Source: Candidatus Gastranaerophilaceae bacterium
Lineage (GTDB): Bacteria; Cyanobacteriota; Vampirovibrionia; Gastranaerophilales; Gastranaerophilaceae
DNA: 64,000 bases
Reading direction: 5' to 3'
Assembly: GCA_045586965.1 (NCBI GenBank)
Contig: JAZNBJ010000037.1
Span: 587 to 64,586 of the forward strand
The number at the start of each line of letters is the position of its first letter. Position 1 is the stretch's first letter. Below the pieces are notes generated by a model. That model was not told the DNA's origin and searched no databases. It saw only the letters and a program-made list of their open reading frames with translations. This document shows positions 8,290 to 21,200 of the stretch, piece by piece. The position numbers were made by a program, and so were the translations under genes.

Positions 8290-9247
8290 AATACCATATT
8301 ATGAAGATAACACCCGTATTAGTAATTCTGCTATTGGATGGTTTCTTCGAAAAGGTCCACGTTATCTGAAAGATATGTTGGACGGAAAGGAGGAAGGATT
8401 AAAACTTCCTCAACTTGAACGTGGTACTATGATTCATGAATATATACTCCAACCAGATGAATTCTGGAAAGACTATACTATGATTGATTATGAAGTACCA
8501 AAAGTAAAACAACAGAAGGATTTCTGTGAAGCATATGCGACTTCATTAGAGCTCCTAGAAGACGATAAAAAACTTGCTGCTTACCGTAGTTCATATAGCA
8601 ACAATAAAAGCTCTGAGATCGTCTTAAAAGAAGCCACAGAGCTATGTAACAAGTATGCTTCATATATAGAAGCATTAAAACAACAAAATAATAACAAAAA
8701 AGTAATATCTGGAGCTGATTTAACTATGTTAAAACGTATTAAGGATAACCTTGATAAACATAAAAAAGCAAGAGAATTACTTGACGATCTACTTTATGAT
8801 GATGCTAACAATGAATTTCACATTAATTGGGAATTTAAAGGTGTGCCTTGTAAATCATTATTAGATCGTGTTATCTTTGACCATATAAAAAAAAAGATAA
8901 TACTTATCGACTTAAAAACAACATCTGATGTATGGAATTTCAAACATTCTGTAGAAGAGTTTGATTACTATCGTCAGATAGCCTATTATTTACTTGCTAT
9001 TACTTGGTATATGAAAGATTGTGGAATAGACATTTCAGATTATGATTCTGAAGCATATATTATTGCAATTCAAACCAATGGTAATAACGAAGTAAGAGTG
9101 TTTGATATGTTTGATGAACAAGAGATTCTTGATCGCAAAGATACTATAACATACGCATTATCAGAAATTTCATACCATATCAGTTCAGGTAATTGGGATC
9201 ATTCTCGTAATTACTATGAAGGAGATGGAATTGAACAACTCGGATAA
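8279..9247 (+). CDS. PD-(D/E)XK (RecB/Cas4-like) exonuclease
   Basis: Motifs are GTMIHEYIL, a D...LIDLKTT (D/ExK) core and a YYRQIAYYL (QxxxY) motif. Confidence 0.6.
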   Translation: MEIKIPYYEDNTRISNSAIGWFLRKGPRYLKDMLDGKEEGLKLPQLERGTMIHEYILQPDEFWKDYTMIDYEVPKVKQQKDFCEAYATSLELLEDDKKLAAYRSSYSNNKSSEIVLKEATELCNKYASYIEALKQQNNNKKVISGADLTMLKRIKDNLDKHKKARELLDDLLYDDANNEFHINWEFKGVPCKSLLDRVIFDHIKKKIILIDLKTTSDVWNFKHSVEEFDYYRQIAYYLLAITWYMKDCGIDISDYDSEAYIIAIQTNGNNEVRVFDMFDEQEILDRKDTITYALSEISYHISSGNWDHSRNYYEGDGIEQLG

Positions 9248-9734
9248 TTTAGAACAAGGAAAAAGAAACGCTGTTTTATTTTTACTACCGTTAATATTAA
9301 ATACAGACGATAACTATTTAAATTTATATAACAAAAGTTTATTAGGTTTTTTCTACAAAGACACAAATAAACCGGAATGGGAAGATAAAATAATAATAGC
9401 ATACGAATATAACACACCTCTACGAAAAGTAGATGAATTCTTTAAAAAAAACAAAAACAGTTTTGAATCATATTCAGAGCATATTGATGGAAAACATTAC
9501 AAAATCTATGCATTTACAGTTCCCTTTGAATTTAAGAAAGATTACAAACACTTAACCAAAGGAGATTACAAATGTTTATCGGTTGGCGCTGAAATTAAAC
9601 TCACACAACACTGGAATAACCAATATCTTGCAAAAAAGATAAGACACTATATTAGTGGTTACAAAAGTTGTTGGAATACGCATTATGATTTTGTAAAAAC
9701 AGGTATATTGAATTTAAACAACGTACCTGTATAA
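9216..9734 (+). CDS. hypothetical protein (last gene of the + strand module)
   Basis: ATG..TAA ORF of 172 aa followed by a terminator. The true start may be the second ATG at 9225. Confidence 0.5.
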   Translation: MKEMELNNSDNLEQGKRNAVLFLLPLILNTDDNYLNLYNKSLLGFFYKDTNKPEWEDKIIIAYEYNTPLRKVDEFFKKNKNSFESYSEHIDGKHYKIYAFTVPFEFKKDYKHLTKGDYKCLSVGAEIKLTQHWNNQYLAKKIRHYISGYKSCWNTHYDFVKTGILNLNNVPV

Positions 9735-9741
9735 AACAAAT

Positions 9742-9774
9742 AAGGTATACCTTTATTGGTATACCTTATTTTTC
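9742..9774. terminator. bidirectional hairpin terminator at the convergence point of the two modules
   Basis: A 10-bp stem (AAGGTATACC/GGTATACCTT) with loop TTTATT. T-rich runs flank it on both strands: ATTTTTC on + and ATTTGTTTT on -. Confidence 0.7.
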
Positions 9775-9829
9775 ATATATATGCCCTGATAAGTACGAGT
9801 TAGTACTTAACTAATGTGGAATTATTTTA

Positions 9830-12800
9830 TCACATCATTCTCTAAAAGCTTTCCATTTCTCGATCGATGTTTGACAAACGACCAATCTGTTTAACAACAG
9901 GGAATATTCTAGCAGTTTTGTTTAAAAGTTTGTTATCAAACAAATGTTCACCGCTCTGATATTCTTCCAATGGAGAAAATACTTGTGTAAATGCTCCAAT
10001 TATATCATTTATATAAGTAATAGAAGGGAATGGGTCTTTCAAAATCTTTGTGAATGACAATGGATTTACAAAGAACGTCAAATCTGTATATAACCTATAC
10101 ATATGATAGCGTATGTTGGAAACAACTACATTTGGTTCATCATCATCTCCTCCGGAAGAACCTAAAACAGAATATGCCAAATAAGAAAATGCGGCAACTC
10201 CGATTTCAACCAAAAATCTTATAAAGTCTGCTTTTTCTGTATTTGATAACTCGTTCCATTTTCTAGCCTGAATTTTTGCCTTTTCCAACCTTAATAAGTT
10301 ATATCCGACAAAACTAACAAGTGGTGCAACATACGGATTGTATATAAATGCATATTGTGCACCCCAACGATAAAAGCCTTTTCTATTATCCCCTAATATT
10401 TCATCGTAATATTCTGCAGCAAAACGTCTATTGAAGTTTGAAGCAATCCAGCGGCGCAAACTCAAACCCATTATACCATACCATTTTGATTCTGCTAATA
10501 CAGAAGCTCTATCACTATAATTACCATGTAACAATATAAGATTCTAACGTAGCTGTAAAGAAAAACTAGTGACATCGTCTCTATTAAAATTTGCAACTTT
10601 GTCATCTACTTCTAACTCCATGTCATCATTTATTTTAATAAAATCCAACATACTTCCAAGAACATTTCCATCTTTATCTTTTGCTTGAAGTTCTATAAGA
10701 CTTGCTAACATAAAACGAACTTGCATTTCATGTTCGCCAATGTGTGTAGTTAAATAACCATAATCGCTGAAAGAATGTCGCAGTAAACCTTTTAACGATA
10801 AGTTGAAATCAGAATCAAATATATTAAAGTATTCAGCTAATCTGTTGTATTGATTGTTTGGCACTAACTCCAAATAATCTTTTGCCATGCTAAAGACACC
10901 TGTAGCATATAACTTTGTAGCTCTTTTGTAAGACTTTAATGAAACGAATTGACCACACAAAGCTTCTTCCAATTGATTTATTTCTCCGACTAACGGATTA
11001 TTAAACAAACTGACCGGATTTAACATCATCACACGATTTGATGTAAGTTTAACCCATAGTTTTATTAACTTTGCAATGTCTACTTTATGTCCTGTTGGCG
11101 TTTCAAATCCACCTATATCTTCAAGACTATTACCATAAAATACAGTGTTTAACCAACCTTCAAATTGATCTCTTGTGTTTGTTTGGAATGAAGAAGTTCT
11201 CTCCTTTTGTTGATTACTTTTGTTCTTTCCAAGTAAAGATACCTTGTTTTTATCGTATGTTTTACGAGTAGATAAAACATTTGCTGTCTATAACGCAAAT
11301 GATTCTATTTCGCGTTTTGCCACATGTGTTTGCGCAGAATCATACCATTTTAGATATATTGTAGGCAAGTCAAATGATTGTTCGTCTTCGTTAAGTTCAC
11401 CTATATAAAACATAGGAACACTACGTATAGGATTTCCCTATTGGTCAACAAAAGTACCTCTGATTGTGTCATCTTTCATTATCAAACTACTTTGTTGAAT
11501 ACCGCTCTTTAAAGCAGAAACAGCTCCGTTTGCGGCAACGCGTTCCATTCCACGTTTATAAATTCCAGGTAATCTTCCGTTAAGACGCAAGTTTCTGTTA
11601 ATTTGAGAATCCATTTCTGAAACACCTTCTACCAAAACTTGATATAAAGCAAACTTAGGATCATTCGTTTGTTTTAATTGCATCATTTTATCATACTTCT
11701 CATTCTTATATAGAGTACGATCAGGCTTTCTGTACTTAACTTCAAGCTCATAGTCGGTTATTTCTAAGAAATCTTTTGTTTCAGAACTAATCTTTTCAGA
11801 GCGATATAATTCACCAAGACTCTTTCTTTGATTTACTGGGAGTTTTTCATTTTCTTTGATGATTTGAAGCTCTTTTTTTCTAACTTCTTTATTTTCTTCT
11901 TCTTCAAAGTAAGCGTTTAACAAGGATTCTCTTTCTTGATTGTATGCTGCAATATCGTGTATTGGGCAATTTACATCTAACCATTTCTTGAATTTCTCTT
12001 GTTTTTCAGCAAATGATAATTCTGACTAACTGTCAAATATTTCTTCTTTTGCTTTCCTTTCAGCATCTCTGTATTTTATACCTTGTGGAGAAATTAAGTA
12101 AACCTGACCAGTTTCTGATACTTCTACGAAATCTTTGTAGACATCTTTTAGAATAGAAGTGTTGCCAACTCCATATTTTTTCTAAAACTCTTTTACAGCC
12201 TTAGCCAGTTTTGCACGGTATCTGTTCACTTTCATTTGTTTTATTGACATTTTGTAATCAAACATCTTAACAAAAGCCTAAACAAACGGATCTTTTGAAT
12301 AATAAACACTGTCTAAGGATACAGACAAACCGCCACATTCAAATATGTTTTCAGCTATTTCGGATTGTTGTCTTAACCATTCCTTAGTTTCAAATTCAAT
12401 TTCTTCACGATTTTCTTCTATGTATTTTGCTACATACGCGTCTATATCTTTTTGAGATGCATTTGGATGCTTTTCTTTATACTTTTGAGTAGCTTCTTTT
12501 TTATATTTGTATTCTATTCTAGAGATGTAAGGTGTTATAGCATCTATAAACAGTCTGGTTCCCTCTGAATTGTAAGCAGCTACAATGTTTCTCTAAAGTT
12601 CAGAAAGCTTGTTACATTGAATGTCAAGAGCCCTAACACGTTCATCTCCAAGTATACTTCTATACTTGTGAGCAAGACCTGTTATGTCGTTTATAATAGA
12701 ATAACCGTTAGCGACTTCTCTATAGTCTTGTAAAACATCCAAATCCCAAGTAGCTTCATCTCCTTGCTTATAACGCTTTTCTATGGCATCATTTAATCGC

Positions 12801-15238
12801 TGCAACTGTTTTGTTGCATATTCTGCATACTTAAATAATGCCTCTAGTTCTTCTAATTCTGATATTTTTTCTAACAAGCGTTTTGCGTCATATGCTTGAG
12901 ATCTACTTCTTTTTCTTAGTTTCAAGATTTCGTGTTGAATATTCAAACGAGTGATAACTTTATCCAAAACCCTACGTGTATCCTTTATCATTTGAGTTCT
13001 TTTCTTAGCCTCTTCTTCTTTTATTTCAGAAAAGTCTTTAAATACACGAAGATTTACGTCATCTTTTATAAATTGAGGAGTAATCAACTCATAAAAACCA
13101 TTTTCTTTCAGTTTAGCTTCACCTTCTTTGTGAGTTAAATCTTCACGATATGCTCTATATATACTACTTATATAACCTGCAGTAACATAATCATTGCTAA
13201 TGTAATATGTTATAGGAATAATACCTTTTCTTGCTATCTTTATTCCTTTTTTCTCAAGCATTTTCGAGTATATACTTAACTGCAAATCATAACCGTCAGA
13301 CTGAGAAATTGTACCAAATTTTCTACTCAAAACATACTTAAATCCGTGTAAAGGTCTACCTTTTTCATTTTTATCTTTACCGTCTAATTTTAGAAGTTTT
13401 GTTTTGTAGTCCAAAAGTATATATTCACCAGTAGCCTTTTCTCTAACAATTAAGTCCGCAGTACCAGCAATACCTACTTCAGGGTCACTCAGCGTAACCT
13501 CAGATGCAACGTAATCATATTTCTCAGATATTTTATCGACAATCGCTTTAAAATACTTTATAGAGTCTTTTGCAAACATTTGATACACATCCTAAGGAAT
13601 AGGTTTATTCTCAAATAAACATTCCATTACTTTGTGAATGGCAGTACCTCTTTCTCTTGCATTTTTTGACATTTTCTTTTGAATGTCATCTTCTGCAGAA
13701 GGATCGTAGTCAGAGTAACCTATCTACTCCTTTATCATAGTAGTACGGATTAATTTCTTACCAGTTCTAGTATCTATATATAAACCAGTTTCTGGATCTA
13801 AAACAATACCTTCCTAAATTTCATTCAATATTTTACGAGCTGCCTCTATTGGCATATTGGTCATTTCTTGATGTTTTACTCCTGATAATATGTCTGATGT
13901 TTGTCCTAATTGTCTACGCTCTAAAAACGCATCAGTTATCTCCGCTAGCAGCATTTGTTTAGCAAGTTTATTTTTATTTAACATTTTTTTGATAAAATCA
14001 ATAAACTTCTGCCACCAATTGCGTGCCTTACCTTCCATCTCTACAGTACGAACACCAACAGCTTGTACAAGAGCTTCTTCACTACCAAATGTTTCTATAC
14101 CTTTTTGAACAAGAGGGGTACCTTTGAACATAGCAATATAGTAGTGAGCATATTCGTGTGGTATTGTATCAAGTCCAGATTCTAAATTGTCTATAAGTAC
14201 TTTTAAAGCATTTAAATCAATCTCACCAACATAACCTCCTTCTATAGAATCAACAAATTCTACAGATATTTCAGGGAATAATTGACGTAGTACCGTAGAC
14301 AATCTTTGTGATAAAGCCCATTCTTCTGTAGTAAAATGTTTTCTACGGTTATTTATACCAGTTTTCTTTTGATGATATATGTTATTATCTACAGTAGAGA
14401 AATTACCATTGTTGTCTATATGTTTGATTTGGTTTGGTTCGAAGACAACCAATTGTGTTTGTTTGGAACGATAGTCATCAGCATCATTGTCAGAATCAAC
14501 CACTGTTAAGACGTAACCGTCTGTATTTTCATCGCCAATCTGCTTTGCCCGATGTATAAAACTTTTTAAATCTTCCTGCACAGACGTATAATTGCCTATG
14601 TGCGGGTCAAAACCGGTTTCAATACCCTGCTGTTGTGCAACAATAGGGGTTTTTATGTTTAAAAACACAGGTAAAACTTCGCCGAATTCAACGTTGCCTG
14701 TGCCAAACGATTCTGGTTTTGAAGCGTATTCGATTTTGGCAATACGAGGATCAGTTATAAACCAGAATCCAGATATTTCTCTAGGTCTGTGTTCCGATCC
14801 AATCTTTTGTTTATCAAATATGGCAATGGGGGTGTTTGTGCGATTGCCGTGATAAACAACCAAAGGTTCACCATTCTCATCTACTACTTTGGATACATTT
14901 GTTGTATCTTCAGAAGTCCAATCTCCAAACCAGTTCTTAAATGCCTCAGAATACGTATTTGCTTTAGCTCTGATGGCTTTTTGTCTGTCACCGTAGTGAT
15001 TTATCAAAGACTTAAATAAAATAGATTCTGAGCCATTTGGAGCTTTATCTATAGGGTTACCCTAATTCTAATCCCAAATATCATATGCTGCATCCATTGC
15101 TGCTGCATCTGTACCTGTTCTCAATAGTCTGAGTTCTTTGTTCCTGAACTCTTCAATAGTTAACGGATTGCCACCTAAAGCGGTGACAATCTCGTTAAAC
15201 TCATTTCTTATTTGTTCATTATTTATATTTGGACACAT
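9830..15238 (-). CDS. giant polyvalent virion protein (about 1,802 codons): ART-like N-domain, HExxH zincin, PD-(D/E)XK nuclease
   Basis: The frame runs from ATG 15238-15236 to TGA 9832-9830 with 13 in-frame TAGs and no other stop, except a short out-of-frame stretch at about 12300-12435. Motifs: VVDENGEPLVVYHG (about 14850), HEYAH at 14144-14158, and GTADLIV...YILLDYKT at about 13403-13456. The track's apparent end, TAG 9842, is followed by RMM and then TGA. Confidence 0.7.
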
Positions 15239-15249
15239 AATATGTTATT

Positions 15250-18200
15250 TTAGCATTTTTCACTAGGTCTTTGTTTTTTAGTTTCGTTCTGATGTTGCTG
15301 TACAATGTCAGGGTTACTTTCGAATAGATTTAATTGTTTGTCACTTATAAATCTAGCTTTAAACGCTTTTTCATTAGTAATGTCAACCCCTTTTTCGTTT
15401 CTAAATTTCCAATTAGATGTTGTATGCACTTCATTTGGTATACCTAATCTTTGCGCAGCTATTATACCAGCTTCATCTACACCAGTTTGACCACCGCTTC
15501 TAATTTCAGATATTACTACACCTTGAGATTGAAGATATTTTAATGACTCTTCTACATACGAATTAACTTCTTCTTGAGTCCATCCTTTTCCAAACAAAGT
15601 GTATATACCGTTTCCGGCTATATTTATTTTCACAGGTCTATTTAAAGCTTTGGCTTTTTCTGCAACTTGTTCCAATTTTGCACGGTCTATTGTACGTTTA
15701 CTCATTCTAATTGGAGCGTACTTATTTTTTGCACTTTTTGCAGTAAGCTCTTCTCCACTTGTGCTAAAATCTTCTGCGAAAGCAAGGGTTATGTCTGACC
15801 AAACAGCATTGTCAATGGTTCTTTGTTTGTAATCAGAAGACCTTGCTGTAGTGAATCTAGTTTGTGTAGAAGTGGTTTTATTTGATTCATTATTTTGATT
15901 TTCTTGAGAATTGTACATTTTCACTCCGCTAAAATTTATACGATTTATTTCTTTTCCACCAACAGCGTCAAGTATTCGTTGAACAACAGGATTTTCCTCA
16001 TCACCAACGACTAATACCGAACGGTGTTCGTCAGAAACAGGAATAACATCATCTGTAGATGTAATCACATGAAATTCTTTATCTTTATATTCTGAATATT
16101 CTTTCATCAAAGATTCTGAAGGAATTCCACTTGGAACAAAGTAAACTACATCGGAAGCATCTACCGCGACATTTACATCAAACACCCGCATCACATCGTG
16201 TGAATTAGAATATTTAGAAAAATCTATAACTTCATCAGCAGGTATCATAGCCAAGGGAGAAATACGTTTAACAAGGGCAGCTTGCTGTTTTTCATCCAAT
16301 TCGGTGTGATTTGACGCAGAACTATTTGCATCTGCATTAAATAACGATTTAATGTTACCTGTTTTTGTATCAATATAACCGTCTGCTCTTAACGAGTAAG
16401 CCGATAATTTTGAATTTCTATATCCTAGTGGAGTTATTCTATAATAAATAGGATTTGCGTAAACATTGCCATTTTTAGCTTTTACTAAAGTAATGTCTCC
16501 TAATTTATATAACGTAACTACACCGTTTGCGTCTTTAAGTTTGATAAATTTTTGAAAGGTTCCTTGTTCTTTCTACATCAGTTCATATGAACCGTAGCTT
16601 ATGTAAGCAATAGATTTATCGTTGAAAGGGAACATTCTATTATCCGCCTTTATTACAGGAACTATTTCATCGTCACTTGTAGCAACCATTTCCATTATCA
16701 AATCTAACATTGATTGTGGAAGAGAGCCGTGTCCGAGTCTACTAGGATCCATTACATATTTAGAAATGTAATCATTGTATGTACCATAACTTCCAGCAGT
16801 AATATTTGCTAAATGTTGTGGAGGTAATAAATCAAATAAAGAAGTCTTGATCAAACCACCTGCATTTGAATCCGTACCAGCAGTAACATAAAACATATAC
16901 ACAGCAAAATCTTTTACCCATTGTACTATTTCAGGATTACTACTGTTAAACAAATCACTAATTGCCATTTGAACAGCGCTTTTTGTAGTTTCATCATTTC
17001 TAACATCATCGTTAATGTTAAAGAACTGAGGATTCTTACTTTCAAATAGAGGATTATATTTTACATTTAAGAAGAAGTCATCTCCAATTCCTTCTAAAAG
17101 CGCAGCCGTTTTGATTTTGTTAAATCTAGCCCCAACACTATTTGGTCCTGTAGTCAAACTTAACAAAGGAACTGTTGTTTCTGGGAATCTGTTGAACAAA
17201 TATTCATTGAAGAATGGTAATAGCATTGCTGCTTTTATTCTAGGTCCAACAACACGTAAGAAGTTTTTACTAAACCTTCCGTATTTTCCATATTGCTTAG
17301 ACAGTTCATCTGCTGTGTTTTTGTATATCTCGCTAAATTCAAAGATTGTTTGATTGAACGCATTAAACATTCCCAACACACCTTCTAGGTATTTCTTACC
17401 TAAGAATGTATCATTGAACAAAACTTCTGGGTTTTCAAAAGTATCGTTGTATGGGGACACAACACGATCCATTAACTGCATAAAGCTTATTATTTGATCT
17501 GCAGATATACCATATTTTTTTGTATCTATTTGAGCTACAGTTATTGCGTCATGATATGCTTGTGCTTTTTCATTCAAACGAATAAATGTATTCAAATATC
17601 TTAATTGCTGAGCATACCATTCTGTACTTCTTTGATCTTGTGGTACATCAGCCTGAGCCTTCAAGTAATCAATTTCCATTTCTTTAGCAGAAGCCATTTC
17701 AAAAACAGGTCTTCCAGCAAAATCAGTGTATTCGTATTTAACGAAATCCAAGTATCTACTTCCTTTACTAAGCTGCGGATTTACACCAATGTGACCCTGT
17801 TTCCAGTTCTACCAGTTTTTAGCAACAGAAACAAGCACAGGTTGAGTTAAAAACGCAAATGTATCATTGCCAAATCCAGCGCTGGTCATAAATGCGGTTA
17901 TGTCATATGTATAACCGTTTACATTCATTGCACCAATATAATTGTCTTTAACAGCATCTACGTGTGCATTGATCAAAGCTGATGTAATATCAAGAATATC
18001 TTCTCCGTTTCTGTCAAACAGTTCAGAAATACTCTTAATACCAAGATCTTTCAAAAAGTCATCATTTCTTAATTTAAGACCCGCCACTTGTGTAAAGAAT
18101 CGGAATACTGAATTCAACGCCATAGGGCCGATACCATTATCAGATCCTGCATTTTTTACCTTCTGTGCAGTTTGGAATATTGGATTTAGATAGTATCCGT

Positions 18201-21200
18201 CTACAGTATCATCAAAACTACCTTCTACACGATTTCTTTTGTCCATGAGACTTGTAGCGAAATCTTTCAACGGTGCCGTACAAACATCCAAAGGAGTATT
18301 TGCAGCAAGATAGTGTTCTTTTGACGTTAGAACAGCTTGATACATGTCTAGTAGACAATTTTGAAGCATTTTTTCGTCAATATTTTTTGTTGACTTTAAA
18401 ATATCATTCAAGTTATACTTAATTTTCTAAACCTTTCCATCCACAACTTCGTAATTTGGTCTTGCCAAGAACATCTTGTCAATATCGAAGTCAGAACCAG
18501 TTTGTGCAGTAATACCAGCCGGGAATGAAATAATAGATCCTCTTTGTGACGGGAACAAGTCTACAATTTCAACCGGTATTGTTGAGTTTTGACCTTGTGT
18601 TGGTACACGATAAGACAAAGCGAACAGTTCTTGATTTTCCAAAATAAATCTACGTTGATCGTCAAAGTTGTTAAAGTCATAACCTTTAATCTTTTGTTTT
18701 TTAGCCTACTTAATAATGTCGTCAAAGAAGGAGATAGACAATTTAACCTACATGCGTTGATTTATTGTACCGTCTCTCTTTATTTCACCAGGCATTAACA
18801 AGCGTGTGTCTTTATGCTTTTTGAGATTGAAAATGTTATCATATCCAACACTTGCAACTTGGAATAAAGGCATACCTGGAGTAGTGGTATTGATTACGGT
18901 TTTACCCATTTCCGCAAGTATACGAGATTGAATCCATGTTATGTTTGGAAGACCTGCAGGATGAATTCCGTATTCACCGTTAAATGTAGCCATCGCAGCC
19001 AATGTTTCCAGTGGCATACCTTGTGTTTCCGCCATGTCTTTTAGCTTTTCCATAAACTGCTGTTTGTCCACACCGTTTTCAGTTATACCGTACATTTTCT
19101 TGAATTTGGTATAACCTCTTTCTGTAAGTTCATCCAATAACGACTTATACAGATCTAGCATTTGTTTACCAGTTATGTTTGTACCGCCAACATTATATTT
19201 TGTAGATGGTTTTATATTCATCATTGCTATTTTCATAAACTGTGTTAACAAATCTGCAGTTTCGTTATGACTGGTTTCGGTATTCAACTGCTTACCAATT
19301 AATTCAAAATATTGTGATTGAATTACTGAATTGTTCATCGCTTTCTTGTTGAAATTTCCGTTTTCGTCAAATAATTCGAAGCTAGCAACACCACCAGATT
19401 TTACAGCACTTTCCAATTTAAGCATATCTATCTGTTTACTACGCATAAATTTCAAGATCTCTTCCATTTGATGTCCTTTTGCATATATTTTAAATATAGG
19501 GCTTAAAGACATTTTGTCATAAGTAGGAACATACAATCCTGATGCGTTATCAGCAGTTTCTCCATAATACACATACTTCAACGATGTTGTATGGAAACCA
19601 GAAGTAACTCCCAATATCCAACCTTTGTATTGATTAGCGTTTTTCGCTGGATCTTTTTTATACTCAGCTTCTCTTTTTAACAATTCGTCATAATTTATTT
19701 TTAATACAGCGCACATTTCACGAACAGCTTTTTCATTTCTGTTTACCAAACCATTAGGTCCTGTAATTTCATCGTAATGTTCTAATAAATTATAACAAGC
19801 TTCATCTACAACATTCCACTTACCTTCACGCTGTCTTAATTGACGATACATTTCTGCTGTTATAAATACACTAGCGTCAGTTGGGTCGTTATTTAGATAA
19901 CCTATGAAACGATTTACAGCATCTTCTACAGCTGCTTTTGCAAGCATTTCATCTGACAAAGGTTCTCCGTTTTCGTTAAGACCTTTTCTTCTTCCGTTAT
20001 TCGCGTGTTCTAGATACCTAGCTATCAACGGAGACTTTTTGGCATTCTTTGTTAGATTTTTATTTTCATCCAACAGAACAGTATAATCTGTTATTGGTGT
20101 AATTGTACCTTTAGATGCTATAGAAAAACCAAGATCAACATCTTCAACTACATTCTTACCCTTTACAGTATATCCAGTAACAACATCTGCTCCAAGAACA
20201 TTACGCATGTCTCCTTCAAACTTGGCTGTATTTACAACCAAACTTGTATTAGCGGTAACTACGTTGAACGTTTCAGAATCATTTAATCTGTCTTCATCGA
20301 AAGCGTTTAACATAGTACTCTTTTCTGATGTGATTTGTATTGTTGATGTAATACCACTATAACGCTTATTTACAGATGTGATGTCCTTGTGGAAGCCAAT
20401 GTCTCCAGATACAATTTTTTCAAACTCTAGGTTATCCATCATATTTGATAGAGTAAATACACCTATCGCCTTGTACAAAGTTGCTGAAGGAATTGCATCA
20501 GACTTAATTTGTTCTATTTTATTCTTTAAAGAAGGATCAATGTTTGCAAATAGGTTTTTAGGTAAATATTTGTTTTTCAAATCTTCTATTGCAACATAAC
20601 CTGTAGCTACATTAGGATTTACATCAAAAATTAAACCAAGTTGTGATAATTTCTTAGTGGTAATTGCAATGTTACGACGTAAAATTGTCTTTATTCCATT
20701 TTGATATTCATTCGCAATACCAACTGCAATCTTTCTTGCTGATAATAAATCACGATCGTGTTCAAACAAACCTTTTGTCATTTGATTTATTTGATCTTGT
20801 GTCAGTTTTATATCTCTTCCTAGGTTTTTAAAGTGCCTAAATTGATAGCCGCTACCTTGTTGCAAGTCAATGTGAAATGCACGTTTTACTATTCTTTGTG
20901 CACTTTCAGGTTTATTTACAAATTCAGCCTTTCCTTCTACGAAATGATATTGCTTCCTAAGCAAACGCAATGCTTTTGCTGCGTTTTCGTTTGTTTTAAA
21001 CAGTTCCTCTTGTTCTCTTGGAGATAGATTTGAAAAATCTTTTGCTGTGTATTTCTTTCCTGTAGCTTCATATATCTCTTGTAAGAACAATTCTCTTGTC
21101 TTCATAGCATCAGCTACAGCTAATATTTCATCAGCTAAGTAATCAACAAAACGTTTAACGATATTTCTGTTAATGGTCAAATCTTCATCAAAGTAGTGAG

